Shown here one piece after another: positions 11,946 to 26,277 of a DNA stretch of 64,000 nt. Made by a program: the position numbers and the translations under genes. A model generated the notes under the pieces. That model was not told the DNA's origin. It ran no database searches and was given only the letters and a program-made list of their open reading frames with translations. The DNA is taken from NCBI GenBank assembly GCA_047495785.1, contig JBLDXI010000074.1, forward strand, positions 682,001 to 746,000, read 5' to 3'. The DNA comes from Lepidodermella squamata (Eukaryota; Animalia; Gastrotricha). How positions within the stretch are numbered: position 1 is the first letter of the stretch; the number at the start of each line of letters is the position of its first letter.

Positions 11946-14900
11946 ATGATTGATACTTTTAGCAAGGACTGGAAAAGGTTCATCATCAGATTTTTTCCAA
12001 TAATTCGATGGCTTCCAAACTACAAGTGAGCTTTTTCATTGTAAGATTTGACGCAACAGCACCTTACTTTTGTAGAATACAAGATCTCCGTTATGACGTG
12101 ATAGCAGGTAACAATAACACCGTGAATGACATCCTACGCTTGAGTTAAAATCCGCAGGTCTCACAGTCGGTCTTACTCTTGTGCCGCAATGCATGGTAAG
12201 AATGAATCGCAGTGAGTTCACATCAGTAAAAATGTCTTGAATCTTGAATCATAGGCATATTCCCAAATGGCCAGCGTCCGACCAGAATTTGGACTTTACA
12301 GCAGTTTCATTGGTCAATTCATCTATGTCTTCCTTGGAACAGCAAAAGATGCAGCAATTGGGTAAGTTGGCCTATCCAACTTAATTTTCACCCTGTTTGA
12401 TTTTCGAATTCCAGGCCTAGTGCGATTGTGAGGTACGGTAATTAATTGAAATAAAGCAGTAATTTTGACTACAATTTATCAAGTATGATGGCCGGGACTT
12501 TGAATTCGGCTAACCCTCTGATCACGGAAGGCGATAACACCTACAGTTGCATTATGGCCTTCATCAGTGGCCTTGTTCTCATCGCCATTGGCGTGTTAAA
12601 GCTTGGATTTTTCGTTAACCTCTTCTCAATACCAGTGGTCAGCGGTTTCACATCAGCAGCCGGGTTTTCTATCATTGGTAAGCAGCTAGAAACTTCGGAT
12701 TAGATTTACAGCATGATTTACGGTTTTGTATGAAAAGCCAGCCAACTTCGACCATTTTTCGGGCTAAAAGGTGCTCCAAACGACACGCCAGGGGTTTTTA
12801 TCAAGCAAATCATCAATGTTTTCGATCGGCACAGCGAAATCAAAGTTTACGATATTGCCTTCGGAGTTTCAGCTATCGGCTTTTTGCTATTCATGCAATA
12901 TATGCCAGAAGTTGTAAACTCTATCCTTCAGCGGCGAAACAAGCGAATAACGAGCAGTGAAAAATTGACCGACTTTCAGATGATATTCATGGAATATTTG
13001 CGACTTTTCGCAGCTGGCCGAAATGTCATCGTATTTATTTTTTCGACTCTTGCGGCTTATTTACTAATCAAAGATGACCATTCTGTTGCAAATGAGCTGA
13101 GCATTGTTGGCAGAATACCAGCCGGAGTTCCACCACCACGATTTCCAGCGACTGAACTCGTAAATTCAACGTCAAATGGCACGGATTCTACGACTGGAGA
13201 AGTTTTGAAAACGACATCAGAAGTTTTTCGGGATCTCACTGTCGCTTTCGTTATCATGCCACTGATGATAATGCTGGAACAGTTTGCAATTTTGAAATCT
13301 CTTGGTCGCAAGAATGGCTACCGAATCGATCCTACAAATGAACTGATCGCGGTTGGGCTCGCAAATCTTATCCAAAGCTTTTTTCAAGGATATCCAGTCA
13401 CAGCGGCGGTCTGTTTTAGCCTGACCTATCTTTAAAGTACTTTGAAATTTATTTCAGGTTACTCGCTGTGCTTTGAACGATCAATGTCGAGTGAAGACCC
13501 AAATTGGAAGTGTAATATCAGCAACAATTGTTGTAATCGCAATCTACGCTCTCACAGAGACATTCTACTACATTTCAAAAGCTGCTCTGGCTGGAATTAT
13601 CATAATAGCCGCTTACAATTTGATCGATTTCAAAATCGTGAGATGATTTCACTTGTTTTTCGTAAACTTACAGCTTTGTGTTAGGTTAAACCTATGTGGC
13701 GAGAGTACAAGCGAGATGTATTCATTCTGATCATCACATTTCTGTTGTAAGAAATAGGCTTATATTTGATTTGTTCGACTCATTATCATTTCAGATGCCT
13801 GTTCTTCGACATGGCTTACGGAATTCTGATCATGATCTTGGTGAGAATGATTAGTTCATTGTAAGCATTTAGTTTTCAACACCCAGCGTAGGTCAACATG
13901 ATAACGTTTCTACGGCCCATTGTGCGAATGGCCATTTACGTCAAACGCAAAGAGCCTACAGTCAAAGATGGCCCAGCAATGACTGTTGTAAAACTATCGC
14001 ACGGAATGAAGTGAAAAAAAGAAATCATCATGAGAGTTAAAAAATGGAGTTCATTATTCAGGTACCCAAGTGCAGATAAATTCCTCGACCGCGTGGCTCA
14101 TGTCCTCGCAAAATGCGAAAAACACGTCGTTTTGGATTGTCAGTTCTTCACTGGTAAGTATGAGTCGCATTTTCGAATCTACCTAATATCTAAATTTCTA
14201 CAGGCCTGGACTTCACTGGCCTCCAGGTATTTGAAGTTATCTTGAATTGTTTGACTCGCATTTTATACTCCAGGCTCTGAGAGGAATATTGCTCATCGCA
14301 ATAAAGCAAAACAAGCACATCATTTTCGAGAATTTATCAGAGCGATTGCAGACAAAGATCGAAGCGATCGGAATCGAGCATTGGCAATACGTGGAATCTG
14401 TCGCCGATGCTGTCCAGCGTAGGTTTCTCACCGCTTTCATTTCATGGCGCCGGAGGAAAGTTTTGTTTTCAGAGTACGCAGCTAAAACACCAAGTCGAGA
14501 AGGATCGGTGCCCGGCGAAAACGTTGCTGAAAGCCGCAGTGCCATGCCGCGACCAGCTTCTTTTTCAATAGCGGGACCTGCAAGGCAATTGTCCCGTTCA
14601 AGGTTGAGCAGAAGCGAGAGTGGACCAAATTCCGGCGCCGTAGTTGACATTTCAGACCAAGCAACCGAGAATCCCGAAGAATGGGACAGGGTTCAGCAAG
14701 AGATCTTGTTGAGTCTAATGGCGGATCAAGCTTACTTCTACCAGGACATTCCCATCAGCGTTGGTAACGTCGATGCCTATCATTTGGGTGAAAGTGAAGA
14801 CGATGAAGACTCGCATGGATCAGCATCTAACAAAGGCGCTTTGTGGTGGGATACGGATCACGGTACTAAAGTGGAAACAGCGAATAAGAGCAGCGCGAAT

Positions 14901-15233
14901 CTATCTCGAGGCTACGCTTCAGCCGCCGAGCTACATTCTTACCTGGCTGAGAGGCACCCTATTCCAACGATTGCTGAGGGTGTCCCATTTGAAGGAGATT
15001 TTTCGCCTGCTGCAACTAGATTGTCTCTACGCGAGCGCAGCCGCGACAAAGCCGTTGTTGATCGTAAACCTCACGTGACAAAGCGAGACGATGAAAAGAT
15101 GCCTGATTTCTTCCCGAAATCTGTGTCAATTTTTGGAAACTCTCGAAGCATCCTGACTCAGATTAGTGACAGTACTCGAGTAGATATCAATCATGTTGAT
15201 TCTAACTATTCAGAGGATAAAAACGTCTTGTAG
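11946..15233 (+). CDS. SLC26A11: SLC26A11-like anion transporter, copy 3
   Basis: ATG 11946 MIDTFSKDWKRFIIRFFPIIRWLPNYK; all SulP and STAS exons traceable with GT-AG introns; stop 15233. Confidence 0.9.
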
Positions 15234-15758
15234 TTTTTGTCTTTTCTTAGCGCTTGAAGTCTCGTAGTCTTGTAGCTATTTTTGCACGATGAGCAGAATC
15301 TACCATGTTCTCTAGTTCTCGCTCTAGCTAGGAAATAAAAATGATAGCACATGAATTGCGAAAGTCTTCACACGTTCTTCCTTCAATACATATAGATATT
15401 TACTGGGGAACGTTGAAGCAGAGCTTATAGAATCAGTTTACTACAGCATGATGAATGGAAAAGTGATGGAGGGTGTTCAGATCATCTCATTGAAGCACCC
15501 AACAAAGTTGAACTCTCGGTTTTATCTTCGTGATTATCATCACAATACCGGTGCTCTCACGTACAAGCGCATATAGCCTGTAGTAGCAACAAAAAAACAT
15601 GTAATCATTAGCTCTCCCGACGACTATTTTCTCCCAAGGCCCGCGGGCACATGTTTTTTACGCTTCAAGACAATTTACCCTGACAGCGTTTCTCTTGACT
15701 AAATATCCTAAAAGTGAACACCAGTATAATCGAAAAACGATCCTACAATATAAGAGCT

Positions 15759-18700
15759 ATGTTTGATAAATTCAAAAAAGACTGGAGGAGCTACATTCTC
15801 AGATTTTTTCCGATCACGCGATGGTTACCCACCTACAAGTCAGCATTTTTAATCGATCGTCCCATGATCGTCCAATCTTACTTTCATGCTGTTTATTAAT
15901 TCAGAATTCAGGATTTGCGCTACGATATCATTGCAGGTAAGCTGATTTACAACTAAAGCTATAAGTCCTCGCCATCAATTTTTGAAGGTGTAACAGTTGG
16001 CTTGACATTGGTTCCCCAATGCATGGTAAGTAAGGTCTCAACAGCCTATTAACACTTTCGCTTTTTTCAATGACAGGCTTATTCGCAAATGACAAGTGTG
16101 CGCCCTGAGGTTTGATAAATTCCCTGGCTCTCTGATTGAAATATCTCAGATATTTTGAAATAAAGTATGGATTGTATAGCAGTTTTATTGGACAATTAAT
16201 TTACGTCTTCATCGGAACGGCCAAAGATGCGGCAATAGGGTATGTTAAGTTAAGACATCTGATCACCTCAATCAAATTATCCTCAAATTTAGACCGAGCG
16301 CAATTGTGAGTATGATGGTTGGCTCTCTCAACTCGGCAAATCCTCTGATCAAAGAAGGCGACAATACTTACAGCTGCATCATGGCCTTCATGAGCGGCCT
16401 CATCCTCATGGCGATCGGAGTTTTAAAGCTCGGGTTCTTCGTAAACCTATTCTCTATTCCTGTTGTCAGTGGTTTCACATCAGCGGCCGGTTTCTCAATT
16501 ATTGGTATGAAACCCCGCCGTTGACATTTGCTATAATCAATCTAAAAATCAGCTAGCCAACTGCGACCATTTTTCGGCCTGAAAGGATCGCCAAATGAAA
16601 CTCCTGGCGTTTTCGTGAAACAGATAATCAACGTCTACAATCGAAGAAGTGAAATAAAACTTTACGACATCGCGTTTGGAGTATCAGCTATCGGATTTCT
16701 GCTTTTCATGCAATACATGCCCGAAGCAGTCTTGGCGATCATTCAAAGGGTGAACAAGAAGAAGACTGATTCCGAGAAACTTTCGCCTCGACAAGCGACT
16801 TTTATGGAGTATCTGCGACTATTCGCCGCTAGTCGAAACGTTATTGTCTTTATATTTTCGACCTTAGCTGCTTATCTACTCGTTCAGGGCGATCCGACAA
16901 TTCTTAACGATAAACTTTCCATCGTCGGAAATATCCCGGCCGGTCTTCCAGTCCCGCGATTTCCCGATGTTAGCATTGAACCTGCTATGATAACCAATTC
17001 TTCCAACGGAACCGAAGTGGCAACCGAGGGTAAATCAGCAACTGAAATTTTCAGCGATTTGATCGTAGCTTTCATCATTATACCACTCATGATCATGTTG
17101 GAACAATTTGCTATCCTTAAATCTCTTGGTCGCAAAAATGGTTATCGAATTGACGCAACTAATGAACTAATTGCGATTGGATTGGTGAATTTCATCCAAA
17201 GCTTCTTCCAAGCTTATCCTGTTACTGCAGCGGTAAAATTATATTTATAAACTCTAAAGAATTCTATTTGAATTAACAGGTAACTCGATGTGCTCTCAAT
17301 GATCAATGCCGGGTCAAAACTCAACTTGGGAGCGTTATTTCAGCTGTGATTGTACTCATTGCAATCTACGCACTCACTGGAACCTTCTATTACATTTCGA
17401 AAGCTGCACTCGCTGGAATCATCATAATCGCTGCATACAACCTCATCGACTTTAAAATAGTTTGACCCCAGGTCTTAGCCTATAAAAGCCGCGTAACTAA
17501 ACTTGCAATTTACAGATAAAGCCGATGTGGCGGGAGTACAAGCGGGATGTTTTTATTTTAGTCATCACATTCCTTCTGTAAGTCTCTTGTCTCTTCCAGG
17601 CTTAATACACCAATTTTCTCAATGCTGGTTTGCATCATGTTGCAGGTGCCTGTTTTTCGACATTGCTTATGGAATACTCATCATGATTCTTGTAATAATG
17701 TTCAAACGCTCTCTCGATTTTCTAATGGATTCAAATTCATTTTCTAAGGTTAACATGATAACATTTCTGCGCCCGATCGTTCGAATGGCTATTCACGTGA
17801 AGCATAAAGAGACACTGGAAAATGATGGCCCATCAATGACGGTTGTGAAACTGTCTCACGGGATGAAGTTTGTTTTCCTATTTTCCCAAAGACCCGCTGA
17901 GTTAAAAACCTTACGATGGTAGGTATCCGAGCGCGGACAAGTTTCTCGATCGAATCGCACGCATTTTAGCCAGATCTGAAAAGCACGTAGTTCTGGACTG
18001 CCAATTTTTTACAGGTTTCGTTAAGATGGAGTATAATTATTTATACTTATGACTACTGCATTACAAGGGTTGGATTACACAGGCTTGCAGGTAACGTTTT
18101 CTCGAGTAATTTTTCGATTAATTTACGAGTTCATTTTCAGGCTATCCGAGGCATTATGTTGATTGCTATCAGGCAAAATAAGCATATTATTTTCACGAAT
18201 TTATCGGAGCGTCTTCAGAAGAAAATTGAGACAATCGGAATCGAACATTGGCAATATTCTGAGTCCGTCGCGGGCGCTGTTAAACGTTACTAGATACTAT
18301 TTTGCACAAGCATTTTGAGAGTCTTTACTTGCTTTTCAGAAACTCGCCCTCTTCAAAGTCGCCAGCCGTCGAATGATCCCGGTGATGTTCCGATTGAGTC
18401 TCGCCATAACCGTTTGGCGTCTTTCTCAATCGCTGGAGCCGCGCGTCTTCATTCGGTGAAAAATCGATTCAGCAGAACCGAGAGCGTGCAAGCTGATGGG
18501 GTGGTTGTAGATGTGACAGATCCGCCAAAAGCCGAAGCAGCCGAGGATTGGAGCCGTAAACAGGAGGAAATTCTGCGCACTCTCATGGGCGGTCAGGCCT
18601 ACTTCTATCAAGACATTCCGATCAGTGTAGGCAATGTCGACGCGTACAATATAGCTGGAAGTGACGACGAGGAAGAAGAAGTGGCAACTTCGCCTCATGA

Positions 18701-19040
18701 AAGCGTGATGGCATCGGCTGATTTCTCAGCAGTGAGCCTTGCTACTAGCAAACCGGTCAAAAGCTCAACATCTGCGGTTGAATTAACATCTTATGCTGAG
18801 AGACATCCGATTCCCACGGTAACTGAAGGGGTGCCGTATGAGGGTGATTACTCACGCGATTCTCAGATCGCGCTGCGCGAGCGTCACCTTGAAAGGCTAC
18901 ATCAAGGCATGACAACTCGCAGTGGGTCCGAATCAGCACCGGATTTGACTGCTACAAGATCGAAACAACCAGAAACTGAAATACAAACGCAAGAGGAGGA
19001 AGCAAACAGCGCGCAACGGTCGGATGAGCATGATCTTTGA
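15759..19040 (+). CDS. SLC26A11: SLC26A11-like anion transporter, copy 4
   Basis: ATG 15759 MFDKFKKDWRSYILRFFPITRWLPTYK; exons highly similar to copies 3 and 5; stop 19040. Confidence 0.9.
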
Positions 19041-19681
19041 AATATCGGAGACGGGAAATACCGTATCGTGCAGTTACATTTACTATTAAGTGAGATCAAC
19101 TTTAGCATCTAATCTTTCAATGCTGAGTCGTCCTATTGTTCTGTCTAGTTCGCATTCAAATATATTATCAAATATTCAAATATATCCTTTCATTTCAGCT
19201 CTTAATCCTCAAAATAAATAGGTAGCCTTTTCCTTTATTGCTTGCCTCTTGATTTGATATATTTTTGAATATGCGAGCTGTTTAATCGGGCATGGAAATT
19301 TTTTGGCGAAAATGGGTAAAATAGTTATAATTCAGCTGTGTGAAATGATTAGGTTGGTGCAAAATGCGAGCACCGATTTATTAGAGAATAAATCTTCGGT
19401 GTGGGCTTTTTCCACAACAAAATTGGTTCAAAATTCTATGCGTGTTCAACTTCTCGCTGAATACCAGGTGATAATTTGAAGTTTGAAGTGTTGCGCGCGT
19501 ATTAGCATTGTGCCTTTACACCTATAACTTTCTCGGCTGAGTACACGACTGTTGTAACGCTAAAGCGATTAAATGTTAACTATGCGCTCATTACTTATAT
19601 AACACTTGTTGCCAGCCACGAGCAAGGCCGTATTCCGGTAGCAGTTGATGCGTTTTAATTTGACGCCATTTAACACGAGCA

Positions 19682-22600
19682 ATGTTTGAAAAACTCAAAA
19701 AGGAATGGCGGAGTTATATTCTTAGGTTTTTCCCCATAGTCCGATGGCTTCCTAACTACAAGTAATATTTCCTGATAATTAATATTCTCCATATATTATT
19801 ATTCATTTTGATATAGGGTACAGGACTTGCGTTACGACATTATAGCAGGTAGAATTGTTAAAACGGTTAAATTCAACTGTAAAATGAAACTCTGCTAAGG
19901 TTTGACGGTTGGCTTGACTCTTGTGCCACAATGCATGGTAATACATATTTAAGTCACCCAAAATAATTTAAACTCACCTCGAAACTTGTTCAGGCTTACT
20001 CGCAAATGGCAGGCGTTCGTCCGGAGGTTGCAACTTTAAATTTTTACCAATGTTATCAAATCCTACAATCGATTATATCCTCAGTTTGGACTATACACCA
20101 GTTTCATCGGCCAATTTATCTATGTGCTCATCGGAACTGCCAAAGATGCTGCTGTAGGGTAAATTTATTGTCCATATCTTGGTCCATGGGAAACTGAACC
20201 GGTTCAATATTATAGACCAAGTGCCATTGTAAGTATGATGGTTGGCGCTCTCAATTCAGCGAATCCTCTAATTAAAGAGGGCGATAACACTTACAGCTGT
20301 TTGATGGCTTTCATGAGCGGCCTCATTCTCATGGCGATCGGAGTTTTGAAACTCGGATTCTTCGTGAACCTTTTCTCTATTCCTGTAGTCAGTGGGTTCA
20401 CCTCGGCAGCTGGTTTCTCTATAATTGGTGAGTAATATTATGCTTAAAAGGGCTTATTTTACGAAACTACCCAAACAGCAAGCCAGTTGAGGCCGTTTTT
20501 CGGCCTGAAAGGAGCTCCTAACGATACGCCTAGCGTTTTTGTCAAGCAAATCATCAATGTCTACAACAGGCGAAGTGAAATCAAGCTCTACGATATAGCT
20601 TTTGGATTATCGTCAATGGCATTCCTGCTTTTTATGCAATACATGCCGGAAGGCGTCTTGGCTGTAATCCAAAGGGTGAACAAGAAGAAAACTGATTCGG
20701 AGAAATTATTGCCGTGGCAGGTGACTTTCATGGAATATCTTCGGCTATTCGCAGCCAGTCGAAACGTTATTGTCTTCATTTTCTCAACGCTTGCGGCTTA
20801 TTTGCTGGTGCAGGGCGATCCAAGCATTTTGGTCGATAAGCTAACGGTTGTGAAAGATATCCCATCTGGAGTTCCAACGCCGCGATTTCCGATTGTTACT
20901 ATCACCGTTATCGATACAAACGTGAGCAACGCAACCGGTGGCGAAGTCGAAGTTCTAAAATCTGCAAACGCAGTTTTCAGCGATTTGATCGTTGCGTTCA
21001 TTATTATACCACTCATGATAATGTTGGAACAATTTGCTATCCTGAAATCACTCGGGCGTAAAAATGGTTATCGAATTGACGCTACTAATGAGCTTATCGC
21101 AATTGGACTGGCTAATTTCATTCAAAGCTTTTTCCAAGCTTATCCAGCCACAGCTGCCGTAATAATTTAGCCTTAGATTTTGAATCGAATTGGAACTCCT
21201 AACATATTAGGTAACTCGATGTGCTCTCAACGATCAATGCCGCGTCAAAACCCAACTGGGAAGTGTGATATCTGCTGTGATTGTCATCATAGCGATCTAC
21301 GCTTTGACCGGAACCTTTTACTACATCTCCAAAGCAGCTCTTGCTGGAATCATCATGATTGCTGCGTATAACCTTATCGACTTCAAAATAGTAAGGATTA
21401 CTTTCCCAGATTTCGACTGGCAACTTGTATTCTTTTTTAGATCAAACCGATGTGGCGGGAGTACAAGAGGGATGTATTCATCCTTGTAATCACCTTTCTA
21501 CTGTAAGCTCAAGCCAATTTTTTATCTTTTGACAATTTTTCTTCCCATAATAGCTGCTTGTTCTTCGACATGGCCTATGGAATCCTTATTATGATCCTAG
21601 TGAGTTTGAATTTGAATCTTTGGCCATTTGAATAATGACCCTTGATAGGTAAATATGATCACTTTTTTGCGTCCAATTGTCCGAATGGCAATTCACGTCA
21701 AACACAAAGATTCTTCAAGCAACGATGGTCCGCCACTCACTGTTGTGAAGCTTTCTCATGGCATGAAGTATAAGCCCTTTGGAATGAAGGTCTTCGTTGA
21801 TTCTAAACTATTTGCACGCTACAGATATCCAAGTGCCGATAAATTTCTTGATCGAATCGCTCGAATTTTGGCGAAAGCTGAAAAACACGTCGTACTTGAC
21901 TGCCAGTTTTTCACTGGGTTGGACTACACTGGCTTACAGGTTTAATTTACCATCAGGTTGTCAAACTATATCATTTTTAACGCGCGTCTCTTTTCCCAGG
22001 CCATACGTGGTATCATGTTGGTTGCCATACGACAGAACAAGCACGTTATTTTCACCAATCTATCTGAGCGGCTACAAAAGAAAATTGAAGCTATTGGCAT
22101 TGAGCATTGGCAGCACGTAGATACTGTAGCCGACGCGATTCATCGTAATTTATCTACTTTTTTACTCCGTTCTTGTCATCTTTAACTGCCTACGCAGACA
22201 CCCGTCCGTTGCCAAGCCGTGAGTCATCGGTAACAGCCAGCGATGGGCATGTTGAGCACCGAACGCATCGCTTGGCTTCTTTCTCAATCGCTGGACCCGC
22301 TCGCATGTTGTCAAGGCCTCGCTTCAGCCGATCAGAAAGTGTACCAGCTAAAGGCGCTGTAGTTGATGTGACTGATCAGGAGAAGCCGGCTGAGACTGAA
22401 GAAGATTGGGATCGCAAGCAGGAGGATATTCTGCGTAGCCTAATGGGCGGTCAGGCGTACTTCTACGGAGATATTCCCATCAGTGTTGGCAATGTTGACG
22501 CCTACAATATGGAGGAAAGTGACGACGACGACGATGATGATGATGAAGATACTTCATCCCCTCACGAAAGCGTCCTTGGCGCGCCCGTTTTTTCTCCGCC

Positions 22601-22925
22601 GAAGCTTCACACAGGGCTGACTCGAGGCTCATACTCTGCTGGCGAATTGCCGTCTTATCAAGCGGAGAGGCATCCGATTCCAACGATTACTGAAGGAGTG
22701 CCGTACGAGGGTGACTACAGTGAAGAGGCGGCGAAATTGACGCTCCGAGAGCGACATCTCGATAGGCTGCACCTGTCGCCTGGAGTTCGAAGAAGTGCGG
22801 AGTCCGCGCCAAATTTTCTCGCAAGGTCGAGCCCGATCACAACTGGGGCCAGAACGCTGAGTGTTGACGTCAATAAGCCAGAAAATGAAGATGAAAATGA
22901 GCCTTCTACGACTGAAAAGCTGTGA
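19682..22925 (+). CDS. SLC26A11: SLC26A11-like anion transporter, copy 5
   Basis: ATG 19682 MFEKLKKEWRSYILRFFPIVRWLPNYK; closest to copy 4; stop 22925. Confidence 0.9.
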
Positions 22926-23249
22926 GGACTGTCTCCGCGAATCTATTCAAAGTGCAAATCAGAGCCCAATAACTTTTGCTATCCTTTGAGTGAAACACAA
23001 TTTTTGTACTTTCACAGAAATAACCCTTTCGTAGCGAAAAACCATGACATGAGTGGCGTGATAAGATTTCAAAATAACACGATATCAACATGTCCTGTTA
23101 TCGTTCAAAAACAATTAGTATTGTACAGTGCCTAGCGGCTCCTGATTTATCACGGCCTAGCCCCCCTGTGATACAGCATCCACGCCCTGTCAGTGCTGTT
23201 TTACTACGATATGCGAATAAAAACTAGTTTTTCATGAACATTTTGAAGA

Positions 23250-26200
23250 ATGAGTACGGTAGCAAAAGATGATAAAAAGAAGGCAGTCAATTGGGGCCAT
23301 CGGATACGAAGTCTGTTCCCGATCACCTATTGGCTACCCAAATACAAGTAAATTCTGATGCCTTATAAAGAAACAATATATCACTCCGGAACTTAATTCA
23401 AGGCTTCAGGACATCCAATTCGACCTTATTGCGGGTTTTACTGTTGGCCTAACACTTATTCCTCAATGCATGGTAATATATTATAATATTGCATCCTTGA
23501 TTTTGACTTGGTTTTATGAAGGCTTACGCTCAAATCGCTGAAGTCAGGCCCGAGGTGAGATTTAGACATGTGTATCCTTTTTAAAGGTCGTCTATCTGAG
23601 TTTTGGCGTTAGTTTGGCCTGTACAGCAGTTTCTTAGCTCAATTCGTGTATGCTTTAATGGGAACGTCAAAAGATGCCAGCATTGGACCGTCGTCTATCA
23701 TCTGCATGATTTTGACTGGAATGAACGCTAACAACCCGTTAAACAAACCGCCCTACAGCGAAGGCGATAGCACGTATCCAACCCTGATTTCGTTTTTCAG
23801 CGGAATCCTCCTTATGACAATTGGATTCACTCGTCTTGGCTTCATCATCAATCTATTCTCAATTCCTGTTGTATCAGGCTTCACATCAGCCGCGGGATTT
23901 ACCATTCTCGGTAGCCAGCTGAAGTCGCTTATTGGAATCCAGAAAGGGCCAAATGATCCTCCTGGCGTCTTCATAAAGCAAATGATCAACGTTTTTAGCG
24001 TAAGAATTTAAAATCGATTTTAACCGCATTACAACGAAATGTTTAGAAATTGGACGAAGTTAGGCCTTTAGATATTGCTTTTGGCTTTACCGGGATAGCT
24101 TTCCTACTCCTGGTGCAATACTCCCCTAATATGGTTGAATACATGTTCAAGCGAAGTAACAGGAAGCATGGCGATGAAAAACTGACCCCGAAACAAAGCA
24201 AAATTCTAGAATATCAGCGTCTCGTTTGCGCTACTAGAAACGTTGTAGTTTTCATCCTCGTAACATTGATCGCTTGGGCAGTTTATGACAGCGATCCTGA
24301 GTATTACAAAGATAAACTGACCTTGACGGGTTATATCAAACCTGGCCTGCCTATTCCAGCTCTGCCCAATTTTCAAATAACCAAAATGCTGAACACTTCG
24401 AACGGCACTACAACGGAAGTTTTGAAAACTGTTGGCGAAACGTTTACCGACATATTAGTCGGCATCCTAATCGTGCCTTTGATGATTATGTTGGAAGCTG
24501 GAGCGATTACCAAGTCTTTGGGGCGCAAAAATGGCTATCAAGTTAATGCGAATGTCGATTTGATCGCAATGGGACTTGGAAATTTCTTGCAAAGCTTTAT
24601 TGGAGGCCTTCCATCGACTGCAGCTGTTTCTCGATGTGCTCTGAACGACCAATGCCGAGTTAAAAGCCAAATCGCTAGCCTCATTTGCGGAACTATCGTA
24701 ATTCTGTCAATCCTGTTCCTAACCGAGGTTTTCTACTATATTCCGAAAGCGGGTTTGGCTGCTATTATCATGACAGCTGGTTACAACTTGATTGATTTTC
24801 GAATTTTCTACACCATGTACAAGGAATACTGGCCAGATTTGGTTATCTTGGTTTTCACATTCAGCCTATGCTTGTTTTTCGATATGGCTTATGGAATCCT
24901 TATCATGCTCCTTGGTAAGGAATCAAAGTAACATACACCATTCAGCTTTTATCCAAACATTTCTATCGATAGTTAACATGCTGACCTTCTTGAGACCTGT
25001 AGTTCGCATGCAGATGTTCATAACTCGAGAAATTCGATCTATGGAAGAAGACGATGACGACGAGCATACCGTAATGACTGTTGTGAAACTTTCGCATGGC
25101 ATGAAGTTCGTCCAAGTTCCCCAAATAATATCAACCTAAAAACGCTCTTGCCTTAGGTACCCAAGCGCTGACAAATTTTTAGACCGTATGGCTAAGATAA
25201 TGCAAAGAGCTGACAAGCACATTGTCCTAGACTGCCAGTTCATTACAGGAATCGACTTCACTGGGTTGCAGGTGAGATTGGTTTTCTGATTTAAGAAATT
25301 CTGTGAACAATCATACCACAGGCTATGAGAGGAATATTGATTACTGCCACCAAGCTCAATAAGCACATTATTTTCACAAATTTGGCCGATAACGTGTTGA
25401 AAGAGATCGAACGCATTGGTTTAGACTATTGGGCTTATGTTGACACGGTTGAGGATGCTGTTGAGCGTAAGATCCTTACTGAATCTCTGTTAATACCATA
25501 AAAATGTGTTTCATAGAGTATAAGAAAGAAGATGACGGACAGCCACCTGCTCCTATACAGGAGCCGGAAAAGTTGCCGGAACCTTCGTTAGACGGGGCAG
25601 ATAGCATACGCCATCCAATGCAGCATTCAATGTCAGTTAGCGAAGGAACCAAGAATTTATCCCGTTCAACGAGCATCAAACGAATCGTCTCGGTAACAAG
25701 ACCTGCCGGATCCCGACCGGTGTACAGTCGCAATGTTTCAACAAGCCGGAGAGCATCGATTGCCGGTGATGGTGGCCAAACGAGGGCGGATGAAGATGAA
25801 ATGCGGCGGACCCAAGAAAGGATTTTGCAGAACCTCTCGCGGCAGGCCTACTTTTACGGCAACATACCAATAAGTGTTGGAACGATAGCTCCGGAGAATG
25901 TTACCCACCAATCCGAGGGCGATGATACTATTGAAGTTGTGGTTCATAGCCGTAGTAGAGGCACATCTTCTGCCGCTAGTGGAGCTTCGGGTCTGACGCC
26001 CAGGGGATCTATGAAGGGATCGATGAAGCTACCAAACAGCACAAAGGTGACTCCGAACGCAAGCCTTAACTACGGATCGGTTGGAAGGTCGAAGCAGCAA
26101 GATGAAGCTCAGCAATCCCAGGCTTCGATTCCACGAGTCTTGAGCAATCTGTTGGAGCTTCCCGAACGTCATGGCGATGATGTAAGTCTATCAGAGCGCT

Positions 26201-26277
26201 TGAGCGCCTCTGAACCGTATCCACCACGGCAAAGTCGACAGGAAGAGAACGATGATGACGAAACCGTCAAGTTTTAG
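23250..26277 (+). CDS. SLC26A11: SLC26A11-like anion transporter, copy 6 (intron-poor copy)
   Basis: ATG 23250 MSTVAKDD...FPITYWLPKYK; long uninterrupted exons ~23613-24000 and ~24047-24914; STAS HIVLDCQFITGIDFTGLQ; stop 26277. Confidence 0.9.

Noticed and set aside
23572-23580. GTATCCTTT, a U12-type donor consensus
   Set aside because: Lies inside an ordinary GT-AG intron shared with other paralogs; not needed to keep the frame.
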